Origin: Gammaproteobacteria bacterium
Lineage (GTDB): Bacteria; Pseudomonadota; Gammaproteobacteria; JAKBBU01
Assembly (NCBI GenBank): GCA_021773195.1
Contig: JAJFKN010000004.1
Span: forward strand, 8,605-72,604
Direction of reading: 5' to 3'
Length of the DNA: 64,000 nt
The position numbers and the translations under genes are program-made. Positions within the stretch are counted from its first letter, which is position 1; every line of letters starts with the position of its first letter. The notes under the pieces were generated by a model that had not been told where the DNA came from, made no database searches, and saw nothing but the letters and a program-made list of their open reading frames with translations. Shown here in pieces: positions 1 through 10,013 of this stretch.

Positions 1-50
1 CGACGGATCCTGCAAAAGCCTTAAAAGCTATTTTTAACAGCATTTCGTAA
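1..50 (+). CDS. 3' end of an upstream gene, possibly orotidine 5'-phosphate decarboxylase (partial)
   Basis: Frame 3 reads TDPAKALKAIFNSIS* with TAA at 48-50. It resembles PyrF C-termini, and pyrF often precedes comEA. Too short to be sure. Confidence 0.3.
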   Translation, partial: TDPAKALKAIFNSIS

Positions 51-127
51 GCATTTTACCAATTGTTTGCCCAGTGTTTCACTGACATAGTAAGTCTCCT
101 TTGTTAATAATTTTTAGGAGATTAATG

Positions 128-451
128 ATGAAATTGAAATCACTTGTTATGGCCAGTATTGGCTTATTAGTTTGTGCTGGTAGTGTTTTTGCAGGACAGG
201 CTGAAACGAATGCTACACAAATTAAGAGCGCCACGACGGCCTCTCTATCCCAAGATAGTAAAATCAATATCAATCGTGCTGATGCTGAAACTTTAGCTAA
301 TCTTAAAGGTGTTGGCCCCAAAAAAGGGCAAGCTATCGTGGCCTATAGAGCTGCTCATGGGGACTTCAAAACCTTAAATGATTTAGCCAATGTGAAAGGC
401 TTTAGTGATAATACTGTGGAGAAATTAAAGAGTCATTTGACGGTAGGCTAA
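128..451 (+). CDS. comEA: ComEA-family helix-hairpin-helix DNA-binding/uptake protein
   Basis: Signal-peptide-like N-terminus; ININRADAETLANLKGVGPKKGQAIVAYR and FKTLNDLANVKG HhH motifs; AGGAG at 116-120 favours ATG 128 (ORF track starts at 101). Confidence 0.9.
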   Translation: MKLKSLVMASIGLLVCAGSVFAGQAETNATQIKSATTASLSQDSKININRADAETLANLKGVGPKKGQAIVAYRAAHGDFKTLNDLANVKGFSDNTVEKLKSHLTVG

Positions 452-533
452 AACCCCTCTGGGCAGGGGCGAGCTTTACAGTTATAATTCCTGCACCCCA
501 TGGGATTCATCAGGCACTCTTTATCAATGAATA

Positions 534-1637
534 TTGAGTGCCGGATCTATAGATAGAGGAAAGGATAATAAACCGAGAGGATGCCCCTTGATTAAACTAT
601 TGTATTCCACACTATTGTTTGTTGGAGGCCTGTTATGTGCTTGGCTAATGACTCGCTGCACCATGGGTATGGCATTGGCACGAAATCATTTAGATGAGCC
701 CAACGCTCGCAGTTCCCATGGGCAACCCACGCCCAAGGGCGGTGGTGTAAGTTTTGTATTACTGACTTTAGTCATGACGCTGATTTTTTGTTTTGCAGGA
801 TGGTTCACTTGGCAAGAAACTTTAGTTATCGGCTTAGGTGGGGCTTTAATATCTGTTGTGGGATTTATTGATGATATTCAGCATGTGGCAGCTCATTGGC
901 GTTTGATTGTTCAAGCTTTTGCTTTGTGCTTATTACTTTGGGTATTTGGCCCCATGCCTTATATTCATATGGCAGGCATGACTTTTCAACTAACGGAAAT
1001 AATGTACTTCTTTACGGGTTTTTTCTTACTTTGGTGGATTAATCTTTATAACTTTATGGATGGAATTGATGGGTTGGCCGCCCTGGAAGGATGTTGCCTT
1101 TGTATAGGGAGTATAGTGATATTTTTCCAACATCATGATCATATTATGATTGGGTATACTTTGCTCTTGGGCAGTTTTTTAATAGGTTTTTTGATTTATA
1201 ATTTCCCACCAGCAAAGATTTTCATGGGGGATGTAGGAAGTGGATTTTTAGGTTTCATCTTTGCGGTTTTAATGCTGTTTAGCGTTGTGCACTATCATGT
1301 AACTTTTTGGGTATGGTTTATCTTTATGGGCCTATTCATTTGTGATGGAACAGTTACCTTACTCGTGCGGTTATTTCGCCGACAAAAAATCTATGAAGCC
1401 CATTGCGATCATGCCTACCAACATGCGGCAAAGCGTTTTGGGCACCGCTCTGTCACGTTGGCCTGTATGATAATTAATCTATTGTGGTTGTTGCCGTTGG
1501 GGACTTTGGCAGAAGGGAGGCCAAGCAGTGCTTATTTGTTTGCCGCCATGGCCTACATACCTCTTTTGATATGTACAATAATTTTTCGTTCTGGGTGTAA
1601 ATGGCGTCAATCAGTGCTCACCAATGCTATAAAATGA
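534..1637 (+). CDS. MraY/WecA-like glycosyltransferase family 4 (WbpL-like undecaprenyl-phosphate sugar-1-phosphate transferase)
   Basis: Multi-TM protein with PTPKGGG, GFIDD, YNFMDGIDG and FMGDVGSGFLG motifs. True start may be TTG 588 after GAGAGGA. Confidence 0.88.
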   Translation: MSAGSIDRGKDNKPRGCPLIKLLYSTLLFVGGLLCAWLMTRCTMGMALARNHLDEPNARSSHGQPTPKGGGVSFVLLTLVMTLIFCFAGWFTWQETLVIGLGGALISVVGFIDDIQHVAAHWRLIVQAFALCLLLWVFGPMPYIHMAGMTFQLTEIMYFFTGFFLLWWINLYNFMDGIDGLAALEGCCLCIGSIVIFFQHHDHIMIGYTLLLGSFLIGFLIYNFPPAKIFMGDVGSGFLGFIFAVLMLFSVVHYHVTFWVWFIFMGLFICDGTVTLLVRLFRRQKIYEAHCDHAYQHAAKRFGHRSVTLACMIINLLWLLPLGTLAEGRPSSAYLFAAMAYIPLLICTIIFRSGCKWRQSVLTNAIK

Positions 1638-1687
1638 CCTGTTAATGATGCTAAAATAGGCCTGGAATTTTTATAATGAATTGAAGC

Positions 1688-3541
1688 ATGTGGAATTCAC
1701 ATATTACCAGCAAACGCTTAGCAGCCTTTGCCCATGACTGCTTTGCCATTCCAGTGGCTTGGATTTTGGCCTATTGGTTACGTTACAATATGGGTGAAAT
1801 TCCCGTGCCCGTGATCCACAGTATTGCTTTACCCATTGTTATCACTATTCAAGCCAGCATCTATTGGGCTTTTGGCCTTTATCGAGGTATTTGGCGATTT
1901 GCATCAATCCCTGATCTCATTCGAATCGTAAAGGCCGTTTTTTCTGGCTGTGCTTTAATTGTATTGGCACTATTTTTAACTACACGAATGAATAATGTAC
2001 CCCGATCAGTTATTCCACTATATGGGTTAATGTTGTTGCTCATTCTCAGCGGCTCACGAATGCTTTATCGCTGGTTAAAAGATCAAAACTACCATGGCAA
2101 AATGGGGCAGCGAATTTTAATAATCGGAGCAGGTCAAGCGGCTGAAGGTCTAATTCGAGGAATGCGCCGTGAAGACAGTTTGTTGCATCCCATAGCCATC
2201 TTGGATGATGATAAAAATAAACAAGGGTTTGATATCCAGGGTGTTAGGGTATTAGGTAAAATAGAAAAATTAGGAAAAATTTGCCAGAGTTACAATATTC
2301 AATTGATTGTCATCGCTATTCCAACGGCACCTGCTGCGCAAATGCGTCGTATTGTAGAGCTGTGTGATGCTAGTAAAATTGCTTATCAAACCTTACCTGG
2401 ACTCAATGATATTGCTTCAGGCAAGGTTAGCATTAATCAATTACGTGAAGTGAAATTAGAAGATTTACTAGGGCGAGATCCTGTGAAATTGGATTGGCAA
2501 GGTATTCGTGGCGCCATGGAAAATAAAACCATTCTTGTTACCGGAGCCGGCGGTTCTATCGGCTCAGAACTGTGCCGGCAGATTGCAGGCGTGAATCCGA
2601 AAAAATTAATTATGTTGGACCAAAATGAATTTGGATTATTTAATATTGAACGAGAATTAAACAGCCTGGATGTGGCTGTAGAATTAGCAGATGTAACAGA
2701 TAAAGTGGCCATGGAACATGTTATGGTTACTCATAAACCTCAAGTGATTTTTCACGCGGCGGCTTACAAACATGTGCCTATGCTAGAAAACCAAGTGCGT
2801 GTTGCATTAAACAACAATCTTATCGGAACCCAGGTTGTGGCTAATTTGGCTTCACAACATTATGTAGAACGTTTTATATTGATATCAACAGACAAAGTGG
2901 TGAATCCCCACAGTGTGATGGGCCTGAGTAAACGTGCAGCTGAAATCTTTTGTCAAAATTTTAATAGAAAATCTGTAACACGTTTCATTACAGTCCGTTT
3001 TGGTAATGTCTTAGGGTCCTCAGGCAGTGTGGTGCCACTATTCAAGGAACAGATATTAAATGGTGGACCAGTAACTGTAACTCATGCAGATATTACGCGG
3101 TTTTTTATGACGATTCCTGAAGCCACCCAATTAATTTTACAGGCAGCAACCATGGGTGAGGGCGGTGAAATATTTGTATTAGATATGGGAGAGCCCATAA
3201 AAATAGCCTATCTAGCAGAGAAAATGATCCAATTGGCTGGGCATAAGGTAGGGCAAGATATAAAGATTGAGTACACGGGGTTGCGCCCGGGTGAAAAATT
3301 ACATGAAGAATTATTTCATGATCAAGAAGCTTTGCGACATACATCGCACGCTAAAGTTTTAATGGCTTCCCATCGACATGTATCTTGGGAAGACTTAACC
3401 CAAGCATTGCGATCTATTACCATGGCTTGTGAGCGCTATGATGAGAGAGAGTTGTTAAGTTTATTACAGAAAATGGTGCCTGAATATAAAACAGTGATGG
3501 CTCCTGTTGAAATGATGAATGAGGAAGGGGTCTCTATATGA
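1688..3541 (+). CDS. Polysaccharide biosynthesis nucleoside-diphosphate-sugar dehydratase (WbpM/CapD/PglF family)
   Basis: N-terminal TM segments; GAGGSIGSEL, HAAAYKHVP, STDK, VRFGNVLGSSGSV and GLRPGEKL motifs. Confidence 0.93.
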   Translation: MWNSHITSKRLAAFAHDCFAIPVAWILAYWLRYNMGEIPVPVIHSIALPIVITIQASIYWAFGLYRGIWRFASIPDLIRIVKAVFSGCALIVLALFLTTRMNNVPRSVIPLYGLMLLLILSGSRMLYRWLKDQNYHGKMGQRILIIGAGQAAEGLIRGMRREDSLLHPIAILDDDKNKQGFDIQGVRVLGKIEKLGKICQSYNIQLIVIAIPTAPAAQMRRIVELCDASKIAYQTLPGLNDIASGKVSINQLREVKLEDLLGRDPVKLDWQGIRGAMENKTILVTGAGGSIGSELCRQIAGVNPKKLIMLDQNEFGLFNIERELNSLDVAVELADVTDKVAMEHVMVTHKPQVIFHAAAYKHVPMLENQVRVALNNNLIGTQVVANLASQHYVERFILISTDKVVNPHSVMGLSKRAAEIFCQNFNRKSVTRFITVRFGNVLGSSGSVVPLFKEQILNGGPVTVTHADITRFFMTIPEATQLILQAATMGEGGEIFVLDMGEPIKIAYLAEKMIQLAGHKVGQDIKIEYTGLRPGEKLHEELFHDQEALRHTSHAKVLMASHRHVSWEDLTQALRSITMACERYDERELLSLLQKMVPEYKTVMAPVEMMNEEGVSI

Positions 3542-4413
3542 AGATTACTAAGGCTGTATTTCCCGTTGCTGGATTAGGTACTCGTTTTTTGCCAGCCACC
3601 AAAGCTAGCCCAAAAGAAATGTTGCCGGTAGTGGATAAACCCTTGATTCAATACGCGGTGGAAGAAGCCATAGAAGCGGGTATGACAGAATTAATCTTTG
3701 TAACCAGCCATACCAAACGTAGCATTGAAGATCATTTTGACGCCAATTTTGAATTGGAAGCCCATTTAAAAGAAAAAAATAAAACAGAACTGCTAGAGAC
3801 CCTGGAGTCCATAATTCCAAGAGGTGTCAGCTGTGCTTATGTTCGTCAAGCCGAAGCGCTAGGCTTAGGCCATGCTGTTTTATGTGCGCGGCCATTAGTA
3901 AACGATCAGCCTTTTGCCGTATTGCTTGCCGATGATTTGATTTTTAATCCAGACAAGGGTGCTTTAGCTCAGGTAGTGAAGGAATTTGAAAATGAGTCCA
4001 TCATTGCTGTGCAAGAAGTCTTGCCACAACATACGGATCGGTATGGTATTGTCGGCCTGTCTGGGAATGAAAAAAAGTCTGGTGTCATTTCATCCATTGT
4101 GGAAAAACCAAAACCTGGTGCTGCTCCATCTAATTTGGGTGTGTTGGGCCGTTATATTTTTACTCCAGCAATATTTGATAGCTTAAAGACAACGGGACGT
4201 GGCGCCGGTAATGAAATTCAATTGACCGATGCCATTGCTAAGTTAATGCAATTTGAAAAAGTGCATGCTTATTCCATTACTGGTGAGCGCTTCGATTGTG
4301 GCGACAAATTAGGTTATCTCAAGGCAACTTTTCATTATGCTATGCGTCACTCTCAATTAGGCGATGCTTTTAAGACTTATGTGGCACGTATGGCAGGAGA
4401 ATTGAATGCCTAA
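3538..4413 (+). CDS. galU: UTP--glucose-1-phosphate uridylyltransferase
   Basis: KAVFPVAGLGTRFLPATKASPKEMLP, VEKP, EIQLTDAI motifs; 4-bp overlap with the upstream gene. Confidence 0.97.
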   Translation: MKITKAVFPVAGLGTRFLPATKASPKEMLPVVDKPLIQYAVEEAIEAGMTELIFVTSHTKRSIEDHFDANFELEAHLKEKNKTELLETLESIIPRGVSCAYVRQAEALGLGHAVLCARPLVNDQPFAVLLADDLIFNPDKGALAQVVKEFENESIIAVQEVLPQHTDRYGIVGLSGNEKKSGVISSIVEKPKPGAAPSNLGVLGRYIFTPAIFDSLKTTGRGAGNEIQLTDAIAKLMQFEKVHAYSITGERFDCGDKLGYLKATFHYAMRHSQLGDAFKTYVARMAGELNA

Positions 4414-6175
4414 GATACAGAATGCCCAACAAGTTATTATTCGATTTGCTGGTGATTCAGGTGATGGGATGCAAGTCACAGGTATCCAATTTTCGAATAC
4501 TGCGGCGTCACTGGGTAACGATGTGCGTACACAACCTGATTATCCAGCAGAAATTCGCGCACCCATAGGTACGTTGGCTGGCGTTTCTGGATTCCAAGTA
4601 AATATGTCCAGTGAAAGGATCCACACGCCAGGGGACAAAATTCAAGTATTGGTAGCCATGAATCCTGCCGCCTTAAAAACAAACATGCAGGACTTAGAAG
4701 CAGGCGGCATTCTGCTTATCAATAGTAATGCTTTCCAAGAAAAAGATTTAAACAAAGCCCAATACACGCATAATCCTTTGCAGGACCCCGGGATGGGTCC
4801 TTACCGTATTTTTCAACTGCCTCTGACGGACTTAACTCTGAATGCAGTAAAAAATATCGATATTTCTCATTCAGCATCAAAAAAATCAAAAAATATGTTT
4901 GCGTTAGGTATAGTCTATTGGCTATGTGATATGCCTTTAACGGAAACTTTAGATTGGATTAGTGGGAAATTCTCTGATACAACAGCACAAGCAAATACAG
5001 CAGCATTAAAGGCAGGTTACCATTATGCAGAAACTGTCGAACTATTTGATGCCCGTTACCATGTGCCTAAAGCAAAATTATCAAAAGGCATTTATCGCCA
5101 TGTAACAGGCAATGAGGCGTTAGCTTTAGGCGTTGTGGCTTTGGCACAAGCCGTAGGCCGAGAAGTGTTTATGTCGGGCTATCCCATTACGCCAGCATCC
5201 AGTGTTTTACATGAGCTAAGCCATTATCGTGATTTAGGTATCCAAACATTTCAAGCAGAAGATGAAATTGCAGCCCTGTGCGCTTGTATTGGCGCAGCCT
5301 ATGGCGGACATCCAGCTATTTCTTGTACTAGTGGGCCAGGGCTTGATCTTAAAACTGAAGCTTTAGGTTTAGCTGTAATGGCAGAATTACCTTTAATATT
5401 AATCGATATCCAACGTTCTGGGCCCTCTACAGGAATGCCGACTAAGTCAGAGCAAACGGATTTATTAACAGCGATTTATGGACGTCATGGCGAGTCACCT
5501 ATGCCTGTCTTAGCTGTAGCAAAACCTGGTGAATGTTTTTCTCTTTTACTTCAAGCCTATGAGTTTGCCGTAAAGGCTATGACACCAGTGATTATTCTGA
5601 GCGATGGGAATTTGGCTATGGGAGCAGAGCCCTGGTTAATACCTTCTGTAGACAGTTTACCAAATTTGAAAAAATTGATTGAAGATCAAAGCTCTCTGTG
5701 GAACATCCCAGGCCGGGAAAATAAGGCTTTTACTTTAGGTGGTATTGAAAAGGACTTAACAACAGGGCATATAAGTTATGACCCAGATAATCATCATGCT
5801 ATGACCCAGAAGCGCCAAGCTAAAATCACAGCATTGTCTGAAAGTATACCCCCATTAGAAATTCTAGGGGCAACTCAGGGAAAATTATTGGTGATAGGCT
5901 GGGGCAGTACCTACGGTAGTATTTTATCAGCCATTGAAACTATACAGTCGCCTGATATTGGTTACATTCACTTACGGCATTTAAACCCATTGCCCAATGA
6001 CCTTTTTGACCTAGTGGAGCACTATGATGCCTTGTTTATTCCAGAGCTTAACTCGGGTCAATTAAGCACTTATTTGAAGGGTAAAATAAATCGGCCTATC
6101 TATGAATACCACAAAGTTTCGGGCAAGCCATTTTTAATTGATGAATTGCGTCAACAGTTGGAGTCCCTATTATGA
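4406..6175 (+). CDS. korA: 2-oxoacid:ferredoxin oxidoreductase alpha subunit (fused gamma-alpha type)
   Basis: FAGDSGDGMQ N-terminal domain, GYPITPAS, QAEDEIAA, TSGPG, QRSGPSTGMPTK, GWGSTYG motifs. Substrate not determinable from sequence. Confidence 0.9.
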   Translation: MPKIQNAQQVIIRFAGDSGDGMQVTGIQFSNTAASLGNDVRTQPDYPAEIRAPIGTLAGVSGFQVNMSSERIHTPGDKIQVLVAMNPAALKTNMQDLEAGGILLINSNAFQEKDLNKAQYTHNPLQDPGMGPYRIFQLPLTDLTLNAVKNIDISHSASKKSKNMFALGIVYWLCDMPLTETLDWISGKFSDTTAQANTAALKAGYHYAETVELFDARYHVPKAKLSKGIYRHVTGNEALALGVVALAQAVGREVFMSGYPITPASSVLHELSHYRDLGIQTFQAEDEIAALCACIGAAYGGHPAISCTSGPGLDLKTEALGLAVMAELPLILIDIQRSGPSTGMPTKSEQTDLLTAIYGRHGESPMPVLAVAKPGECFSLLLQAYEFAVKAMTPVIILSDGNLAMGAEPWLIPSVDSLPNLKKLIEDQSSLWNIPGRENKAFTLGGIEKDLTTGHISYDPDNHHAMTQKRQAKITALSESIPPLEILGATQGKLLVIGWGSTYGSILSAIETIQSPDIGYIHLRHLNPLPNDLFDLVEHYDALFIPELNSGQLSTYLKGKINRPIYEYHKVSGKPFLIDELRQQLESLL

Positions 6176-7152
6176 GTAAACGACTCACTGCTAAAGATTA
6201 TGCCTCAGACCAAGAAGTCCGTTGGTGTCCTGGCTGTGGCGATTATGCTATTTTAAATGCCATGCGTAGTGCCCTTGCTGAAATGGCTCTGCCACAAAAG
6301 GATGTGGTTTTTGTTTCAGGGATTGGTTGCGCTGGGCGCTTCCCCTATTATATGAATACCTATGGTTTTCATACCATTCATGGACGTGCACCGGCTGTCG
6401 CAACGGGTTTAAAATTAATGCGTCCAGAATTATCAGTTTGGGTCATTACGGGCGATGGTGATGGCTTGAGTATTGGAGGCAATCACCTCATCCACTTGCT
6501 GCGGCGAAATTTAGACATCAATGTTCTGCTGTTTAATAATAGAATTTATGGTTTAACCAAGGGTCAATATTCCCCTACATCAGAGCGTGGAAAAATTACT
6601 GTAAGTTCCCCCGAAGGTTCCAGTGACGCACCTTTGGATCCTATTGCTTTGGCACTTTCTGCTGGAGCCTCTTTTGTAGCGCGAGCCATGGATGTAGATA
6701 CGAAGAATTTAAAAGACATTCTTTGTGCTGCAGAGCAACATCATGGGACTTCTTTTGTGGAAATATATCAGAACTGTAATATTTTCAATGATAAAACTTT
6801 TGCTGCATTTGCGGACAAACCCGTACGCAATGAAAGAACCTTAAATTTACAAAAAGGCAAAGCTTGGTCATTTAATGAGAACCAAGTGTTGTCTATGGAT
6901 CAACATTTTAAAGCGCAAGTGGAAGAATATAATGAAAAGAATGAGTATTACTTACATGATCCCACTAGTTTGATCCATGCGCAATGGCTAAGCCAGCAAC
7001 ATTACCCTCACACGCCTGAACCTATGGGTGTTCTATATCAAGTTGACAAGCCCTGTTTTGGTGATTTTCAACATCGGAAAAAACCGCATGTCGCTACTCA
7101 AGAACAATTAAGTGACTTGATGCAAGGCGGTAAAACTTGGAAAGTTGAGTAA
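6172..7152 (+). CDS. korB: 2-oxoacid:ferredoxin oxidoreductase beta subunit
   Basis: WCPGCGD, SGIGC, HTIHGR, TPP-binding GDGD...NN and YGLTKGQYSPT motifs; 4-bp overlap with alpha subunit. Confidence 0.92.
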   Translation: MSKRLTAKDYASDQEVRWCPGCGDYAILNAMRSALAEMALPQKDVVFVSGIGCAGRFPYYMNTYGFHTIHGRAPAVATGLKLMRPELSVWVITGDGDGLSIGGNHLIHLLRRNLDINVLLFNNRIYGLTKGQYSPTSERGKITVSSPEGSSDAPLDPIALALSAGASFVARAMDVDTKNLKDILCAAEQHHGTSFVEIYQNCNIFNDKTFAAFADKPVRNERTLNLQKGKAWSFNENQVLSMDQHFKAQVEEYNEKNEYYLHDPTSLIHAQWLSQQHYPHTPEPMGVLYQVDKPCFGDFQHRKKPHVATQEQLSDLMQGGKTWKVE

Positions 7153-7249
7153 GAAGCAAAAGGTAATCTTATTTAGATTTCTATGGCGATTACTATTATC
7201 CAGCAAATATGCTACCATTGTGCCTTAATTAACAAAAAGGAATGGTCCC

Positions 7250-7582
7250 ATGAGTGAATTATACGTCAAACATTGTGTGCCCTGTGAAGGTGGCGTGCCT
7301 AAACTTGATAAGGAATCTGCAGAAGAACATTTGGCCGAGTTAAATGAGTGGGTTTTGGATAATGGTGTGACAGAAATCTTTAAAGTATTTCAATTCGACA
7401 ATTATTACCAAACCATGGCTTTTGTTAATGCTTTAGCCTGGATTGCTCACGCCGAAAATCACCATCCCGACCTTAGCGTAAGCTATAACCAATGCCGGGT
7501 ACGTTATTCAACCCATGCCATCGATGGCTTATCAGAGAATGATTTCATCTGTGCTGCTAAAGTGGATAAATTGCTAGGCTAG
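7250..7582 (+). CDS. phhB: Pterin-4-alpha-carbinolamine dehydratase
   Basis: HCVPCEGG N-terminus, ENHHPDL and STHAIDGLSENDFICAAKVD motifs; RBS AAGGA upstream. Confidence 0.93.
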   Translation: MSELYVKHCVPCEGGVPKLDKESAEEHLAELNEWVLDNGVTEIFKVFQFDNYYQTMAFVNALAWIAHAENHHPDLSVSYNQCRVRYSTHAIDGLSENDFICAAKVDKLLG

Positions 7583-8400
7583 CACCATTTGGTTATTTGC
7601 AAAAAGTTCGCATTGAAGTCCCCAAGTTGAATGGCTTTCCTTACCTCAGTCATTAAATCTTTTTCGAATAGCTGATACAGTTCATCATAGGACTCAATGA
7701 TAAAATAGATAGGTTGAATCTTGTCGATGCGATAGGGGGTTCGTAGGGCAGTCATAAGATCAAAGGTTTTGCGCTCAGGTATATCGCTCTCCAGACAGTG
7801 AACGGTTTCCTCCGGGGATGACAAAATGCCACCGCCATAAATTCGCAATCCCTCTGGAGTTTTGATCAAACCAAACTCCACAGTAAACCAGTACAGGCGA
7901 GCTAATAATATTTGTTCTTCATCATTGGCTTTTAAACCGAACTCGCCGTATTTCTGCATGAAATCCCCATAAGTGGGGTCTGTGAGAATGGGGCAATGAC
8001 CAAAAAACTCATGGAAGATATCTGGTTCTTTTAAGTATTTAAATTCTTCACGGCTTCGTATAAAGGTGGCTGCAGGAAATTGACGGTTAGCTAAGAGAGA
8101 AAAGAATTCATAGTAAGGGATAATAGCGGGCACATTCGCTACAGACCAACCCGTGGCTTTGGTTAATGCGGCTGACATTTCATTTAATTGAGGCACTCGA
8201 TCCTTCGGCATATCTAATATATCTAAGCCTTTTATAAACTCATTGCATGCGCGACCTTCAATTAAGGGTAATTGTTGTTTATACAAATCACACCAGACTG
8301 CATTTTCTTCGGTGGAATAATCTATATGCCCTTGTTCATTGGGTTCTTTGGCTTGATATTGACTTTCGTTAGACATATTAGGCTCGCTAGATGGTGGCAT
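7579..8400 (-). CDS. phhA: Phenylalanine 4-monooxygenase
   Basis: EPDIFHEFFGHCP and WFTVEFGL iron-binding motifs, IYGGGILSS. Alternative start ATG 8376. Confidence 0.95.
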   Translation of the reverse strand: MPPSSEPNMSNESQYQAKEPNEQGHIDYSTEENAVWCDLYKQQLPLIEGRACNEFIKGLDILDMPKDRVPQLNEMSAALTKATGWSVANVPAIIPYYEFFSLLANRQFPAATFIRSREEFKYLKEPDIFHEFFGHCPILTDPTYGDFMQKYGEFGLKANDEEQILLARLYWFTVEFGLIKTPEGLRIYGGGILSSPEETVHCLESDIPERKTFDLMTALRTPYRIDKIQPIYFIIESYDELYQLFEKDLMTEVRKAIQLGDFNANFLQITKWC

Positions 8401-8423
8401 TTTAATAAAAGTATACTAATACT

Positions 8424-9527
8424 CTATAATGATAGCACTTTTTTTATGGCTTTCATAAAGTGCTGATTTTCCTCTGATGTACCAATGCTGATACGCAAAT
8501 GTTGAGGCATATCATTGGCTGATAAAGGCCTAACGATGACCCCTTCTTGTAGCAGGGCATCATAAATGGCTTGTGCATTCTCACCTAGGCTTATAGTTAG
8601 AAAATTGCAAGTTGAAGGTATGTATTCAATGCCAATTTCATGAAAAAAATCCGTGAGCTGTTGCATGCCTCGCTGATTTAGCTCAATGGTGCGTTGCACA
8701 TGGTCTTGATCTTGTATAGCCGCGACGGCTGCTGCTTGAGCAATGCGTGATACATTGAAGGGTAGGCGAACACGATTAATATAGTCAGCAATTTCGGGGC
8801 TTGAAAAGGCATAACCCACACGCAGGCCAGCCATGCCATAGGCTTTAGAAAAAGTCCGCGTAGTCACTAAATTCGGATAGGAACTCTGTAATGCTAAAGT
8901 ATCAGGATATTGAGGGTCCTGAACGAATTCAAAATAGGCTTCATCCACCACGATAATAATATGTGGAGGCACAGCATCGAGAAAATCTTTCAGTGCCCTA
9001 TGAGTGTTCCAGGTGCCCGTAGGATTATTGGGGTTGGCGATGTAAATTAATTTGGTTTTTTGCGTAACGGCTTTTGCCATGGCTTGCAAGTCATGGCCAT
9101 AATCAACGGCTGGTACAACGATGGGTTTTCGATTAAAGCCTTTTGCAAAAATCACATAACTGGCAAAAGCATATTGCGATAGAACAACTTCATCACCTTC
9201 CTGGGAAAAGGTTTGCATGAGTAGGGATAGAATATTGTCGGAACCATTACCTAAGGTAATGCTTTCAGGCGCAATTGCGTAATGCTTGGAAAGTGCCTGT
9301 TTTAATGCGTAACCGCTACCATCAGGGTAACGAAAGGCTTCTTTCAATGCTTCTTCCGCTGCAGCCAAGGTTTTAGTGCTGCAACCTAAAGGATTTTCAT
9401 TGCTGGCTAATTTTGTGACGTTTTTCAAACCTAATTCTCGCTGCAAAACTTCGATGGGTTTACCAGGTTGATAGGGCGTTAAATCACGAATGCCAGGATT
9501 TACCTGCTGGAAAAACGTTGGTCTCAC
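8424..9527 (-). CDS. hisC: Histidinol-phosphate/aromatic amino-acid aminotransferase (class II PLP)
   Basis: KLASNENPLG, GNGSD, NPNNPTG, DEAY, TRTFSKAYGMAGLRVGY motifs; GTG start. Confidence 0.88.
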   Translation of the reverse strand: MRPTFFQQVNPGIRDLTPYQPGKPIEVLQRELGLKNVTKLASNENPLGCSTKTLAAAEEALKEAFRYPDGSGYALKQALSKHYAIAPESITLGNGSDNILSLLMQTFSQEGDEVVLSQYAFASYVIFAKGFNRKPIVVPAVDYGHDLQAMAKAVTQKTKLIYIANPNNPTGTWNTHRALKDFLDAVPPHIIIVVDEAYFEFVQDPQYPDTLALQSSYPNLVTTRTFSKAYGMAGLRVGYAFSSPEIADYINRVRLPFNVSRIAQAAAVAAIQDQDHVQRTIELNQRGMQQLTDFFHEIGIEYIPSTCNFLTISLGENAQAIYDALLQEGVIVRPLSANDMPQHLRISIGTSEENQHFMKAIKKVLSL

Positions 9528-9647
9528 AGATTGCCCCTCGCGATTATGCTAGACTGCCCTTCAGTAACGTGTATTATACAAGAGTACATGGACTAAAAAC
9601 ATCGAATGATGATAAATCGTACTTAATTCTAGAAAAGGAGATCAACT

Positions 9648-9998
9648 ATGGGAAATTTTACCCTATATCACAATCCCCGTTGTTCAAAGTCTCGACAGAC
9701 CCTGGCTCTATTACAAGAAAATCAGATAGAACCTGACATTATACTCTATCTTGAAAACCCACCCACACAACGTGAGCTGACTAAAATCCTTGAAATGATG
9801 CATATGTCAGCAAAAGATCTTTTGCGTGTTAATGAACCTGAGTACAAAGAGCTTGAATTGGACGATCCTCAATGTACTGATAATGAGTTGATTAAGCTCA
9901 TGGTTCAGCACCCGCGTTTGATGCAACGACCCATCGCTATTGCCAATGGCAAAGCGGTACTCGCTCGCCCACCAGAAAAAGTATTGGAATTGCTTTAA
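9648..9998 (+). CDS. arsC: ArsC-family (glutaredoxin-type arsenate reductase-like) protein
   Basis: YHNPRCSKSR, LMQRPI, ARPPEKV motifs; RBS AAGGAG. No ars operon nearby, so a YfgD-like role is plausible. Confidence 0.85.
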   Translation: MGNFTLYHNPRCSKSRQTLALLQENQIEPDIILYLENPPTQRELTKILEMMHMSAKDLLRVNEPEYKELELDDPQCTDNELIKLMVQHPRLMQRPIAIANGKAVLARPPEKVLELL

Positions 9999-10013
9999 AT
10001 CTGGGCTTATCCA

